Below, one piece after another: positions 43,225 to 52,887 of a stretch of 64,000 nucleotides of DNA. The position numbers and the translations under genes were made by a program. The DNA is from Thermoproteota archaeon (GTDB taxonomy: Archaea > Asgardarchaeota > Njordarchaeia > Njordarchaeales > Panguiarchaeaceae): NCBI GenBank assembly GCA_024720975.1, contig JANJXX010000005.1, positions 7,059 through 71,058 on the forward strand, read 5' to 3'. Each line of letters begins with the position of its first letter. Position 1 is the first letter of the stretch. A model generated the notes under the pieces. That model searched no databases. It worked only from the letters and a program-made list of their open reading frames with translations, and was not told the origin of the DNA.

Positions 43225-44687
43225 CAAAACAATTTCTCCCAGCTAGATCTTGCATAAATACATCCAGGATCCGGTGCCAAGAAATCTCCAAAATAGTTGT
43301 AAGCTCTAGCACGGCATCCTCCACACACGTATTTATATTGGCATTGTCCGCATTCACCCTTAAGTAAATCTCGATTGCGAAGCGACTCCAGAACCTTATT
43401 TTCTCTCCAGAGCTTTTCGAAATCATCCTCGAGGATATTGCCGATTTTCTTTCTAAGGAAAACGCAGGGATAGATATCACCATTGGGTTCTAGTGCCAAA
43501 TAGACACGCCCCGCACCGCAACCTCCTATTAATTCTAGCATGCTACCAAAACGCTTAGATTGTTCCCTAATTGTGTAGAAGTGGCCGGCTATAAACGGTT
43601 TTTCTGAGAATTCCAATCCTATCTCATAGGCGACCGCGGCATATTGTGGGGCTGTTGAAGCGGCAGAGAAACCATTATAAAGAGCGTTAGCTAGTATTTT
43701 CAAGACCTCCCAGCGTTCCTCGGGACTCAGATCCCATTCTACAATATCTCGCCCCCTACCGACTGGGACGTAGTTGTATGCCATGAACATGTCAACTTTG
43801 AGCTCATTCTTGGCAAATTCAAGCATACGCTGGATTTCTTTGTGGTTCCTCTTTGTAATCGTCATGGAGACTTCGACAATAATGTTATGCTTCTTGAGGT
43901 TTTTTATGCCCCTAACAGCTTTTTCCCAGGCTCCAGGTACGCCTCTAAATTCATCATGGAATTGACTACTAGGCGAATCTAGACTAACTTGAGCAAAGAT
44001 TAAACCACTTTTAGCGAGCTTCTCAGCGATTTCATCTGTTATTAAAGTAGCATTCGTAGCCATGGCCAGATACATGTCATAATCATGGGCTCTTTTTAGA
44101 ACTTCCCAGAAACCTGAGCCAAGTATAGGTTCGCCACCTGAAAGAGCAAGCATAGCTACGCCAGAATCTGCAAGCGTGTCAAGAGCTCTCAATTTTTCCT
44201 CGACGCTCATTTCTGGTAATTCTATGCCTGCTGATGCATAACAATGCTTGCATTTTAAGTTACATCGGAAAGTGAAATCCCAGACTATCAGTAATGGAGC
44301 ACCAGAGGAAAAAGGAACGCGCACGCCAAATATTTTGAAACCCTTAAGTAGGCTAGCTATGATTTTTCTTGCATAAGGCAACTTGAGCATGTTGAGAAAT
44401 TCATTCTTATCGACATCAAATTCTTTAATCAACCTGTCCATGTAGTACCTGAAAAATGGGTAAACAACATAAGCCACTAAAGATTCTCTAACATCCTCAC
44501 CACAATACATAGCGAGAAGGTATTCAATATAAGTTCTCTTTTTACCGCTCTTTCGGAGTAAGAATGACAGCGCTAGCTCTGAAAGCCGCGACTCGGCTAG
44601 TCGCTTTAAATTCATAATAACTTTTTTTGCATCCGTAGTAGTACTCATTTGAGATTCAGTACACGAAAATGCATTCAAAATAGTCAC
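43197..44687 (-). CDS. Radical SAM protein with C-terminal SPASM-type domain and ~130-aa N-terminal extension
   Basis: CNLKCKHC (CxxxCxxC) and GGEP motifs. The C-terminus carries a Cys cluster (CGQCQYKYVCGGCRARAY). Confidence 0.8.
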   Translation of the reverse strand: MTILNAFSCTESQMSTTTDAKKVIMNLKRLAESRLSELALSFLLRKSGKKRTYIEYLLAMYCGEDVRESLVAYVVYPFFRYYMDRLIKEFDVDKNEFLNMLKLPYARKIIASLLKGFKIFGVRVPFSSGAPLLIVWDFTFRCNLKCKHCYASAGIELPEMSVEEKLRALDTLADSGVAMLALSGGEPILGSGFWEVLKRAHDYDMYLAMATNATLITDEIAEKLAKSGLIFAQVSLDSPSSQFHDEFRGVPGAWEKAVRGIKNLKKHNIIVEVSMTITKRNHKEIQRMLEFAKNELKVDMFMAYNYVPVGRGRDIVEWDLSPEERWEVLKILANALYNGFSAASTAPQYAAVAYEIGLEFSEKPFIAGHFYTIREQSKRFGSMLELIGGCGAGRVYLALEPNGDIYPCVFLRKKIGNILEDDFEKLWRENKVLESLRNRDLLKGECGQCQYKYVCGGCRARAYNYFGDFLAPDPGCIYARSSWEKLFCHADANSLS

Positions 44688-44867
44688 CTTAAGTAATCAT
44701 TAAGATTTATTCATTACTATATATCATTAACTAAAGTTAATGACATTATTGAAGAAACTAAGTGAGCATTATAGTAGTCCTGGTCCGAAGAAAATGACTG
44801 CTATCTCTAATGGCATCGTAATTAGCGAGCAAGACGGGAGATTAATGCTTAGGGAAATAAAAACGAC

Positions 44868-46550
44868 TTAGCCAACGGATTTGAAGCGCCATTTACTATA
44901 AGCCCGACGCGCGCTTATTATTGCATGTGCATTAAGGCTCATCCAATACATCCCAGATTCTTCGAAGAGCTTTGCTGCTTTCTTAAGCAGTTTAATCGCT
45001 AGTTTTTCCCTCTCGTCAATGATTTTGTTGGAGATTTCGTTGAGAAATGATGCGTAAACGGGAGCGCTTCTGGGGAGTAAAAGTTTTTCAGCAGTCTTTA
45101 CGGTTTCTAGAAGTAGGTATTCCTGGTGATTTTGAACAGATCCTAAAGCTACTGCGAATAGTATCTCACCAAGTTCATTTGCTCGAAGTTTTGCATGCTC
45201 TAGATTGTTCAATATGTACCGAATGCCGTCAGTAAATTTTTTCTTCGAAAGATATTTGACAGCAATAATTAGGTAAAGTGGATCACTTAAACCGATCAGT
45301 CTTTCTATAGCTTTAGAGATGTCGTTCTCGCTGTCTGAGACTATGATTGTAATGAGTGATTCTAATCCAATCTTGTGTCTGGCTTCATTAATCAACTCTG
45401 AAGTGCTACTGAAAATTTCAGTGAGCTCACGAAACTTCTCATTGCTAGTTGCTACTTGAAAGAGCTCATTCCAAATCTCTAGGTGCTGAAGGCCGCTTAT
45501 TTTGTTCTCTTTATTGAACGTTCTGATAGCATTTACCAGTAAAGTCTTAAGCCCAAGTCGCAAGGCAGCCGCGGCATATGCTTTAAAAACTCTTAGCGTA
45601 CATGGTTGATCTTCAACCTCATAGCAAATGTTTATGGCCAAGTCTAGGTATGCTTGGCTACTTGATGCATCTTTGCTAAGCAAGTTTATTGCGTATTTTA
45701 GTGCAAGCTCTATTAATCCATTTCTTGCGCCTAGGTTATATAACTTGCTGATGATCAAATTCATGATTCCTATGGATTCGATATCACACTTCTCGAGTGC
45801 AACGGCTAATATTTTAGCAAGCATGTCAGCTTGATCCTTGGTTTCGACTTTACCCAGCGCCTTCGCAATCAATTCTGGAAAAAATCCAGGAATGCATTCA
45901 ACTTCGTTTATATACTCCCAGAGAGTAATTAAGAAGTTACTGAGATCATTATTGACTAAATCAAGAAATTTCTTGTTAGTTTCCTCATTCGGTAGGTACG
46001 AAAGAGCAATTCCTAGTAAACTAAAATACAGTCTAGGATCAATAACTCTTATCTTATTGATGAAGTCGAAGCAAAGTGCATTGTTTCCTCTTTTAAGTAG
46101 CACTCGGATTAGATTTCTCGATAATAGTCTATCCTCAAAATCTGAGAATCCCCGCGATAGCAGTAGGTCAAAAACTTCGGTAGCATTCGGATTGACGAGA
46201 AATAGCTCTCTAAAATATATAACTTTGGCTTGATCAAAAGCGCTAGCATCGAATAGAGATAATAGTTCCCCGAGTTTCTCTAGATACTTCCCACTAGGAA
46301 CAATTCTCTTGATAAGGTACTCAAAAATTGTAAGTGCCGCTTGTTGCATCGAAGCCTTAAGAAAAGATACTATCGCTAAACGACCATATTGTAGCATAGA
46401 CTCAAGGGTGTTAGAAAGATAGAGTAACTCCCTGTAGAATTTAGCAACAGCAAACCAAATAATTCTAGATTCATATCCGATCTCAGGCAATATTGGCTCG
46501 TTTTCCAATTGTCTTAGTATGCTCCTAGCTAATTTATAATCCTTAAGCAT
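44868..46550 (-). CDS. Hypothetical all-helical repeat protein (560 aa)
   Basis: Long ORF with no motif recognised. It lies immediately downstream of RNA element copy 3 on the same strand. Confidence 0.5.
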   Translation of the reverse strand: MLKDYKLARSILRQLENEPILPEIGYESRIIWFAVAKFYRELLYLSNTLESMLQYGRLAIVSFLKASMQQAALTIFEYLIKRIVPSGKYLEKLGELLSLFDASAFDQAKVIYFRELFLVNPNATEVFDLLLSRGFSDFEDRLLSRNLIRVLLKRGNNALCFDFINKIRVIDPRLYFSLLGIALSYLPNEETNKKFLDLVNNDLSNFLITLWEYINEVECIPGFFPELIAKALGKVETKDQADMLAKILAVALEKCDIESIGIMNLIISKLYNLGARNGLIELALKYAINLLSKDASSSQAYLDLAINICYEVEDQPCTLRVFKAYAAAALRLGLKTLLVNAIRTFNKENKISGLQHLEIWNELFQVATSNEKFRELTEIFSSTSELINEARHKIGLESLITIIVSDSENDISKAIERLIGLSDPLYLIIAVKYLSKKKFTDGIRYILNNLEHAKLRANELGEILFAVALGSVQNHQEYLLLETVKTAEKLLLPRSAPVYASFLNEISNKIIDEREKLAIKLLKKAAKLFEESGMYWMSLNAHAIISARRAYSKWRFKSVG

Positions 46551-46575
46551 TTAGTAAAACCAGCTAACACCATCA

Positions 46576-46779
46576 GTGGTTGCCCGTGTTTTTTTGTTCA
46601 GGTTTGCCTAGGTGTTTTGGATAACATGAATACTATTAACACGGGCTTCTTCCCCAGTACCTGCTTACCTATCGCGGGTCATAGAGGTACATCGACGGGC
46701 ACCAACGAGCCCGCCTCGGGGGATAGACATATCCTTCTGCTCCCCCTGGTGGCTACTCTACCGTCATTGAGGCGGGACA
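46576..46779 (-). ncRNA. Unclassified GC-rich structured RNA element, copy 3 (most divergent)
   Basis: The reverse complement aligns with copies 1 and 2. Stems are maintained by compensatory changes (GGGGGA/UCCCCC and GCCCGUGUU/AACACGGGC). No ORF is present. Confidence 0.6.
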
Positions 46780-46814
46780 CTTTTTGATTCCAAGTACCTA
46801 TGGTAGTTAAAATA

Positions 46815-46823
46815 GCTTAAAAA
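46815..46823 (-). promoter_or_regulatory. TATA-like box of repeated RNA element, copy 3
   Basis: The reverse complement reads GTAAAGTTTTTAAGCTATTTTAACTAC. Upstream homology to copy 1 continues to 46869. Confidence 0.5.
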
Positions 46824-46920
46824 CTTTACAGAGAAAACAGTCCAAGAGATTTGATGACATAAAAGCGCAGTAGTTGGAGCTTCCTAATAGCATATTGAAG
46901 AAGGATTACTGGAGTATATG

Positions 46921-47751
46921 TCAGGTACTCATGGCAATTAGCAGCTCGCGAGCAATGGCTGCTGCTAGGGTCGCTGTTGTACTTCTGAGTTCCCCTCCTG
47001 TCAGCTCTACAATATCGGCGAACTTAGGCCTTAAGTATTTTAAGTATCGTAGCAGCAAGTTAGGAGGCAGACCGAAGGGCTCCGGTGTACCAACATCTGG
47101 GGCATAAGCGGGGTCGAAAACGTCCAGGTCTAGGGAGATGTAATCAGCTTTTTTGAAAATGTCCTTAAGTACTGCTTCATTTTCAAGTATGTCATATGTC
47201 GAGTATGCCTCAACACCAAATTCCTCCAGTGCTTTTAACTCTTCGGGGATACCAGTCCTGTAACCTAAGAGCACTACTCTGTCATAACCAAGGAGCTCAC
47301 CAGCTCGCCTTAATGTGCATCCGTGCGAATACTTCAGTTCTTGATATGTATCTTCAAAATCTGGATCAGCATCAATATGCACATACATTTTAACTTGATT
47401 GTGCAAGTGCTGGAGTGTCATAATTGTTATAGAGTGATCTCCTCCAAGAAATAGGTATTTCTTTGCACCTATCGTTCCAAGTGCTTCACGAACCTTTTGC
47501 ATTGTTTCTAAAAATCCGCCATGAATCACCTCAACATCTCCCCAGTCTGATATTGGAAACTCGCTGACGCTCCTCTTGAAAAACAAACTAAATTCATTTA
47601 GCGTTTTAGATGCTAACCTTATGAGTAGGGGGCCATGTCGACTTCCAACGAAAGCAGATTGGGTACTATCAAATGGTATGCCAAGCACTGCTATGTCTAG
47701 GTTTTTTGCAGCGGGCAAACCAAAAAGGGTTACATGGTTCAAGATAGGCAT
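46921..47751 (-). CDS. speB: Agmatinase / ureohydrolase family
   Basis: GGDHSIT, HIDADPD and SLDLDVFDPAYAP Mn-binding motifs. Confidence 0.85.
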   Translation of the reverse strand: MPILNHVTLFGLPAAKNLDIAVLGIPFDSTQSAFVGSRHGPLLIRLASKTLNEFSLFFKRSVSEFPISDWGDVEVIHGGFLETMQKVREALGTIGAKKYLFLGGDHSITIMTLQHLHNQVKMYVHIDADPDFEDTYQELKYSHGCTLRRAGELLGYDRVVLLGYRTGIPEELKALEEFGVEAYSTYDILENEAVLKDIFKKADYISLDLDVFDPAYAPDVGTPEPFGLPPNLLLRYLKYLRPKFADIVELTGGELRSTTATLAAAIARELLIAMST

Positions 47752-47865
47752 TTTTGATTACCTCCTTTATGCATAGCGGGCATATTTGACTTAAATGATA
47801 ATACTTAACTACTTAACTTTGTAATTCTAAGATTAGCGAGCTTAATGACTGGAGGCATTATGATC

Positions 47866-48849
47866 CTAAACACGCGAATTAGAAAAGAAATTCTCTAGAC
47901 GTATTCTTTCAGCCGTCCTGCTCCTCAATTCTATCCTGCTTGGAATTAAGTGTGTTCCATCACACGATGGTGCTCTAAAGTACTTCGGTGTGGTTAAATT
48001 CTCTCGGCAGGTTGCATATGTAAGTTTAAGTTTGTTTGCTTCATCCACAACGGGCCATAAAATTCTCCTCCTTAATTGAATGGGAGCATAAGCATAACCC
48101 AACTTTATCTTCCCTCCCGGATAATAAAGTTTCATCCATTTGGCTTTCAGCTCTGGAAAGGCATTTACCATTCTAGCAAAGTTATCTGGTCGTGCTTTAT
48201 ATGTTGATGTTACTACATGCTTTGCTCCAATGCTTGCCACTTCCCTCACAAGCTCTCTCAAACTATTTTCATCGTCATTTAGGTACGGTATTACTGGATC
48301 CACCCTCACAGAAAATGGGACATTATGATCCTTAAGGATCTCCAGCGCCTTTAAGCGATTACTAGGCGGGGGTGCGTTCGGCTCTAGTCTTCTTGCCAAA
48401 CTATCATCCAGTGTAGTAATAGTAACACTTACAGCAACGTTATATCGAGAAAGCAAATCAATGTCCCTCAAAAGCGCATCACTTTTCGTCGTTATCTGAA
48501 CACGCAGGCCCGCTGGAAGTAAGAGCTCAAGAACAGCTCTGGTTATGCCTAGAATCCTTTCCTCCGGTGGATATGGATCAGAGCTAAGACTCATATCTAC
48601 AGGAAATCTAGGATCAATATACTTAAGATCTCTCCGGAGTCTATGATTGAGATATTGTTTCGGTTTGCTCTCTCTAGATCTAATGTAGGCAGTAGTATAG
48701 CAGTAGAGACAACGGTGCGAGCAGCCCGTGTAAGGATTTATAGTATACTTACGAGGACATGTACATAATGGGCTTCGCCAAGGATCAAAAGAGGTTAATA
48801 CAGTGCCCAATAGAACCACTTCACACCTCTGGATTAGAAAACATATCAA
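47866..48849 (-). CDS. Radical SAM protein, SplB/COG1533-like (DNA-repair-photolyase-like family)
   Basis: NPYTGCSHRCLYCY cluster motif. Start ambiguous. Confidence 0.7.
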   Translation of the reverse strand: MICFLIQRCEVVLLGTVLTSFDPWRSPLCTCPRKYTINPYTGCSHRCLYCYTTAYIRSRESKPKQYLNHRLRRDLKYIDPRFPVDMSLSSDPYPPEERILGITRAVLELLLPAGLRVQITTKSDALLRDIDLLSRYNVAVSVTITTLDDSLARRLEPNAPPPSNRLKALEILKDHNVPFSVRVDPVIPYLNDDENSLRELVREVASIGAKHVVTSTYKARPDNFARMVNAFPELKAKWMKLYYPGGKIKLGYAYAPIQLRRRILWPVVDEANKLKLTYATCRENLTTPKYFRAPSCDGTHLIPSRIELRSRTAERIRLENFFSNSRV

Positions 48850-49135
48850 TCAGTGTTTTACGCATATAGAATGCCACTTTTGCAGATTCTTCACTCAAAG
48901 AACAGGCACAGGCACTGCAATTGGAACATTTGTACCAACCGCATTTGGGACAAAGATTACTCTCTGTACCATCAAATTTTGTGCCGCACACAAAACAGAA
49001 GAATTTAGGCTTAATGAAGTAGCTGAGAGCATTTTCGATTATTTTAGACAGGGACAAACCTAGACTTGCGGCCTTTTCTTTCGCGCTTTTGAGTATTTCA
49101 TCAGATATAGTAACAGTTAATTTTCTCTTTGCCAT
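48821..49135 (-). CDS. Ribbon-helix-helix plus Cys-rich zinc-ribbon protein
   Basis: MAKRKLTVTISDEILKSAKEKA (RHH strand-helix) followed by CFVCG...CPKCG..KCSNCSACAC. Overlaps the downstream radical SAM ORF. Confidence 0.5.
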   Translation of the reverse strand: MAKRKLTVTISDEILKSAKEKAASLGLSLSKIIENALSYFIKPKFFCFVCGTKFDGTESNLCPKCGWYKCSNCSACACSLSEESAKVAFYMRKTLIDMFSNPEV

Positions 49136-49272
49136 ATAAGTGACTCCTTCACAAACTGGCAATACGCTGCTCTCTACCTACTACACTATAATGTAACTGA
49201 TAAACATTTTGCTTAGTATTTATATACGCCTAATGACTACTCTAAAAAACGGCTTCATACGTACAAATACGT

Positions 49273-49842
49273 ATGGTGGAGTCCATGGACAACTATGAGA
49301 AAATCTCACCAATATTGGTCGGCATAACTGCGGCACTATATGCAGCGATAACCATTGCCATAGCGCCCTTTGCATACGGACCCATACAGGTTAGAATCTC
49401 AGACGCAATGCTTGTCTTGCCCTTCCACAGGAAGTTCGGGAAGTCGGCAGTCTTGGGCCTTGCTGCAGGAGGATTTTTGGGAAACATAGCCTCACCATAT
49501 TTGCCTTGGGACTTAATCACGGGCTTCGCGCTCAACTTAGTGGTAGGTTGGATAATGTATACACTGGGATACCATGCTAACAAGAGGTTTAAGATAAACG
49601 GAAGAACTAGGTTAACACTTGCATGCCTTGGAACAATAATAGGGTCCACTATAATTGCGTTAGTTGTTGGGTTTATGATAGTTTTAGTAGAACTACAAAT
49701 AATCGATACAGTGTCATGGATGAGTATATCCCTGTTAATTTTCATAGGCGAGCTAATTGCACTTGCGGTTGGTGGTCTAATATTGTTGAGTGCTTTAGAG
49801 CGGGCATTGCCACCAAGTACTCAGGCTGCAAGTTCGATATAA
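49273..49842 (+). CDS. ECF-transporter S component, QueT-like
   Basis: Small protein with about 6 TM segments and a PIQVRISDAMLVLP motif. EcfA-like and EcfT-like genes follow. Confidence 0.55.
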   Translation: MVESMDNYEKISPILVGITAALYAAITIAIAPFAYGPIQVRISDAMLVLPFHRKFGKSAVLGLAAGGFLGNIASPYLPWDLITGFALNLVVGWIMYTLGYHANKRFKINGRTRLTLACLGTIIGSTIIALVVGFMIVLVELQIIDTVSWMSISLLIFIGELIALAVGGLILLSALERALPPSTQAASSI

Positions 49843-49873
49843 ATTACTGAATTTTCCTTTTTTGGTGCTGTAA

Positions 49874-50596
49874 TTGATTTCTCTAGAAGCCAGAAACTTG
49901 ACTGTAACGCTTAACGGACGCGCAGTATTGAGGGACATAAATTTGGGGTTTCAAGGGCCAGGATTATATTTTGTGCTCGGACAAAATGGTTCTGGAAAAT
50001 CGACACTTCTTAGAAGCTTAGCTGGTTTGATACCCTTCGAAGGCGAAGTGTTATTGAATGGTATAGATATCAGAAAATATAGCAGAAAAGAGCTATCAAA
50101 AGCAATAGGATACGTCTGGCAGAATCCTCTCTATGGGTTCTTCGAATCAACAGTAGAGCGGGAGATAAAATTTATACTTAGGAATTTAGATTTGGAGCAA
50201 ACGAACAGATTCGAGGAAGTAATCAAGCATTTTGGAGTTGGAAATTTTCTCAAGAGATCGCCATTTTCCCTTTCAGGTGGTGAAGCAAAAAGAGTATGCA
50301 TGTGTAGCGTCCTAGTCGCGGACCAGCAAGTATATCTCCTAGACGAACCCGAAGGTGAACTTGATTATCAAGGTCTTGAAAAACTCATTGATTTTGTTAA
50401 ATCTGAAAGCAAGAGAAAACTCATAATAATCGCAACCCATAACGCACTCCTATCATATAAAATGAGAGACACTACAGAGCGAATATTCATAATTTACAAC
50501 GGAGAGATAATCAATAGCATAAAGCCAGAAGATCTTCTAAGCAACAACTCTCTCGTAAAAGTGGGAATAGTACCCATTCAATGGTGGCTAAGTTGA
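49874..50596 (+). CDS. ECF/cobalt-type ABC transporter ATP-binding protein
   Basis: Walker A GQNGSGKST, signature LSGGEAKRV and Walker B LLDEPEGELD. Confidence 0.8.
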   Translation: MISLEARNLTVTLNGRAVLRDINLGFQGPGLYFVLGQNGSGKSTLLRSLAGLIPFEGEVLLNGIDIRKYSRKELSKAIGYVWQNPLYGFFESTVEREIKFILRNLDLEQTNRFEEVIKHFGVGNFLKRSPFSLSGGEAKRVCMCSVLVADQQVYLLDEPEGELDYQGLEKLIDFVKSESKRKLIIIATHNALLSYKMRDTTERIFIIYNGEIINSIKPEDLLSNNSLVKVGIVPIQWWLS

Positions 50597-51228
50597 ACTT
50601 GCTGAAGTTTATTGAGCTTCAGCAGAAAGAGACGCCACTTCATAAGATATCGATTCAAGTGAAGATATCATTGATACTTGCCCCGCCAATATTGGTTTCT
50701 TTACTTCGCATTGAACCACCGCTCTCATATGTGATATATCTAACTCTTATACTGTCGCTTGAAGTTTCTATAGCGTTGGGGCTTAAGGCACCTAGATATC
50801 CTCTTGACATATTTGCTGCATTCGCTCTCCTCTTTGTCCTTGGGGGCATAGTATACAGCTTAAGAGGCAAGAGCATTATAAGCTTCTTTGCAGAGAGAAA
50901 ATTTTGGTTTATCACACTGCTCTATATCGCATACTCGTTAGCATTTATTCTATCAACAACGAGTGTAGAACAACTTGAGATACTTCTTTCCAAAATCAAA
51001 CTACCCAAGCGATGGATAATAGCAACAATCATAGCTTACAACCTTATACCAGCAATGTACAACGAGGCCCGGCAGGTGCTAATGCACCAAGCAGCAAGGG
51101 GACTCCAACTGTCTAAGAATCCCTTCATCAGGCTCAGGCAATTAGTAGCCCTGTATATACCAATGATCTTTGTCTCCCTCCTACGCGGGGAATACCTGGA
51201 ACAATCACTAAGGGCAAGAGGGTACTAA
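50581..51228 (+). CDS. ECF transporter transmembrane (T) component, CbiQ family
   Basis: Multi-TM protein with two Ala-Arg-Gly coupling motifs (QAARGLQL and RARGY). Overlaps the ATPase gene. Confidence 0.65.
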   Translation: MVAKLNLLKFIELQQKETPLHKISIQVKISLILAPPILVSLLRIEPPLSYVIYLTLILSLEVSIALGLKAPRYPLDIFAAFALLFVLGGIVYSLRGKSIISFFAERKFWFITLLYIAYSLAFILSTTSVEQLEILLSKIKLPKRWIIATIIAYNLIPAMYNEARQVLMHQAARGLQLSKNPFIRLRQLVALYIPMIFVSLLRGEYLEQSLRARGY

Positions 51229-51315
51229 TTGCTAGTCAAAAATTTGCTTTGCAAGCTGCTCATTTTTTTAGCTTTGAAGGAGCTTTTTATAGGATAGCGT
51301 ATAAAAGTTATTTAC

Positions 51316-52818
51316 ATGGTGAGATCCTTTATATCACATATTTTTCTATTTTCTCTCCGGTTGACTATCTGGAGATCTACCATGTCTATCAAGAAAATGA
51401 TGAGTATAGAAGAAGTTGATGAAGTGCTTTCTCTCCAAGAAAAAACCTCCAAAAAGCTAGCGTACGTAGTGCTAGTGGCCATCGGATACTTTTGGGCAGT
51501 AGGCTTTGGTTTGCCAATAATGCTTTACCAACCGGGACTAAGCTACTTACTGAGTTTGTTATCAAGTATCCTCGGTGGGCTAGCAGGGTACATGCCCATA
51601 ATCGTTACTGCAATTGCTATCGTATTCCTGTTAATGTTTGCTGCAGCAATTATTTTCCTCAAGCTCATAGCGAAGTTTGCTAAGGAATTCCTAATGGCAG
51701 TACACATTATGGGCAGCATGTTTATATTAATCCTTGGGCTCATGTGCTTTGCAGCACCGTACGCAGAAGTGTGGGTTATTGGCGCATTATATATAGGGTT
51801 GGGTGTGCTAGCACTAATATCTTCCATTATGCAAAGGAGACGCATAATTCTCGTTGGAAGATTAATTGAAGTTTCAGGAAGGGCAGTTTATGATGAGAAA
51901 GGTACAATATTGGCGGTGTTAGTCAAATCATTATTGATATTCTTAACATCGATAGCATTCATTATAACGGAAGTGCTCACAGTATTTTTTGCAATCGAAG
52001 TGTTTCAGGGATATGAATATGGGTCCTACATAGTAGTCGCGATTGCGAACATAACAGCGATTTTTTATTCGTGGGCAATAACATTTATAGATGTATTCTT
52101 CTCAGCGGTGATAGTTAGGATTATACATGATTGGTATAGATCACCAGAGTTGGACGTCGCTAGTTTCTCAAAAGGATTATCAAAAGCCTGGGAGGTTTCG
52201 GGAACCATCGCGAAATATTCTCTTCTAATGGCAATACTGTACTTTGTTGTTCGTAGGGCTCGAAGGGAAGCACAAGATAGAAAAATTGGTTTTGCAGCAA
52301 AGTCAGTAGCTTTAGCAGCTGGAATCTCTGTCGCAATGCTTGAATTCTTGGGATTCTACTTAATACCAGCCGCGGTTATCAGAAGAGCAGGTTTTAAAAA
52401 ATCCCTTAAGGATTCTATTGACAAGTTAAGGGGTCTCTTTATAGAGACCTTAATAGGGATGTACGGATTTGGCTTCACTCTTGCTATGTGTGCCTTCATA
52501 GCAGCTCTACTAATGGGCGGAATAGGCTGGATAATTGGTGTCGCGATATTTACTCCGCTACTTGGGCTAACTGAGGAAACAATTCGGGTCGGAATAATCA
52601 CTGGAGTTGCATTCCTACTATTGACTCCAATACCCATAGCATTTGCCACATCTGCGGTCTCTGTTGCATTTAAGACAATAATGTACGAGTATGGTCTCGA
52701 TATAGAGTTCGCTATCCGAGGCATGTATCTCCCGTCAAGGTTACCAGAAGATGTGAGAAAGATCTTTAATGAAACACTGGCCAGAAAAGGTCTGCAAATC
52801 CCGCAGATGATTGCCTAG
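51316..52818 (+). CDS. Hypothetical polytopic membrane protein (500 aa)
   Basis: At least 10 hydrophobic segments. No motif recognised. Start uncertain. Confidence 0.5.
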   Translation: MVRSFISHIFLFSLRLTIWRSTMSIKKMMSIEEVDEVLSLQEKTSKKLAYVVLVAIGYFWAVGFGLPIMLYQPGLSYLLSLLSSILGGLAGYMPIIVTAIAIVFLLMFAAAIIFLKLIAKFAKEFLMAVHIMGSMFILILGLMCFAAPYAEVWVIGALYIGLGVLALISSIMQRRRIILVGRLIEVSGRAVYDEKGTILAVLVKSLLIFLTSIAFIITEVLTVFFAIEVFQGYEYGSYIVVAIANITAIFYSWAITFIDVFFSAVIVRIIHDWYRSPELDVASFSKGLSKAWEVSGTIAKYSLLMAILYFVVRRARREAQDRKIGFAAKSVALAAGISVAMLEFLGFYLIPAAVIRRAGFKKSLKDSIDKLRGLFIETLIGMYGFGFTLAMCAFIAALLMGGIGWIIGVAIFTPLLGLTEETIRVGIITGVAFLLLTPIPIAFATSAVSVAFKTIMYEYGLDIEFAIRGMYLPSRLPEDVRKIFNETLARKGLQIPQMIA

Positions 52819-52887
52819 TTTCCTAAAGTCTTTTCAGCTTTTGTATTTTTTAACTTTTTTTGTTCTTATTCCTCTTGGTGCAATAAG

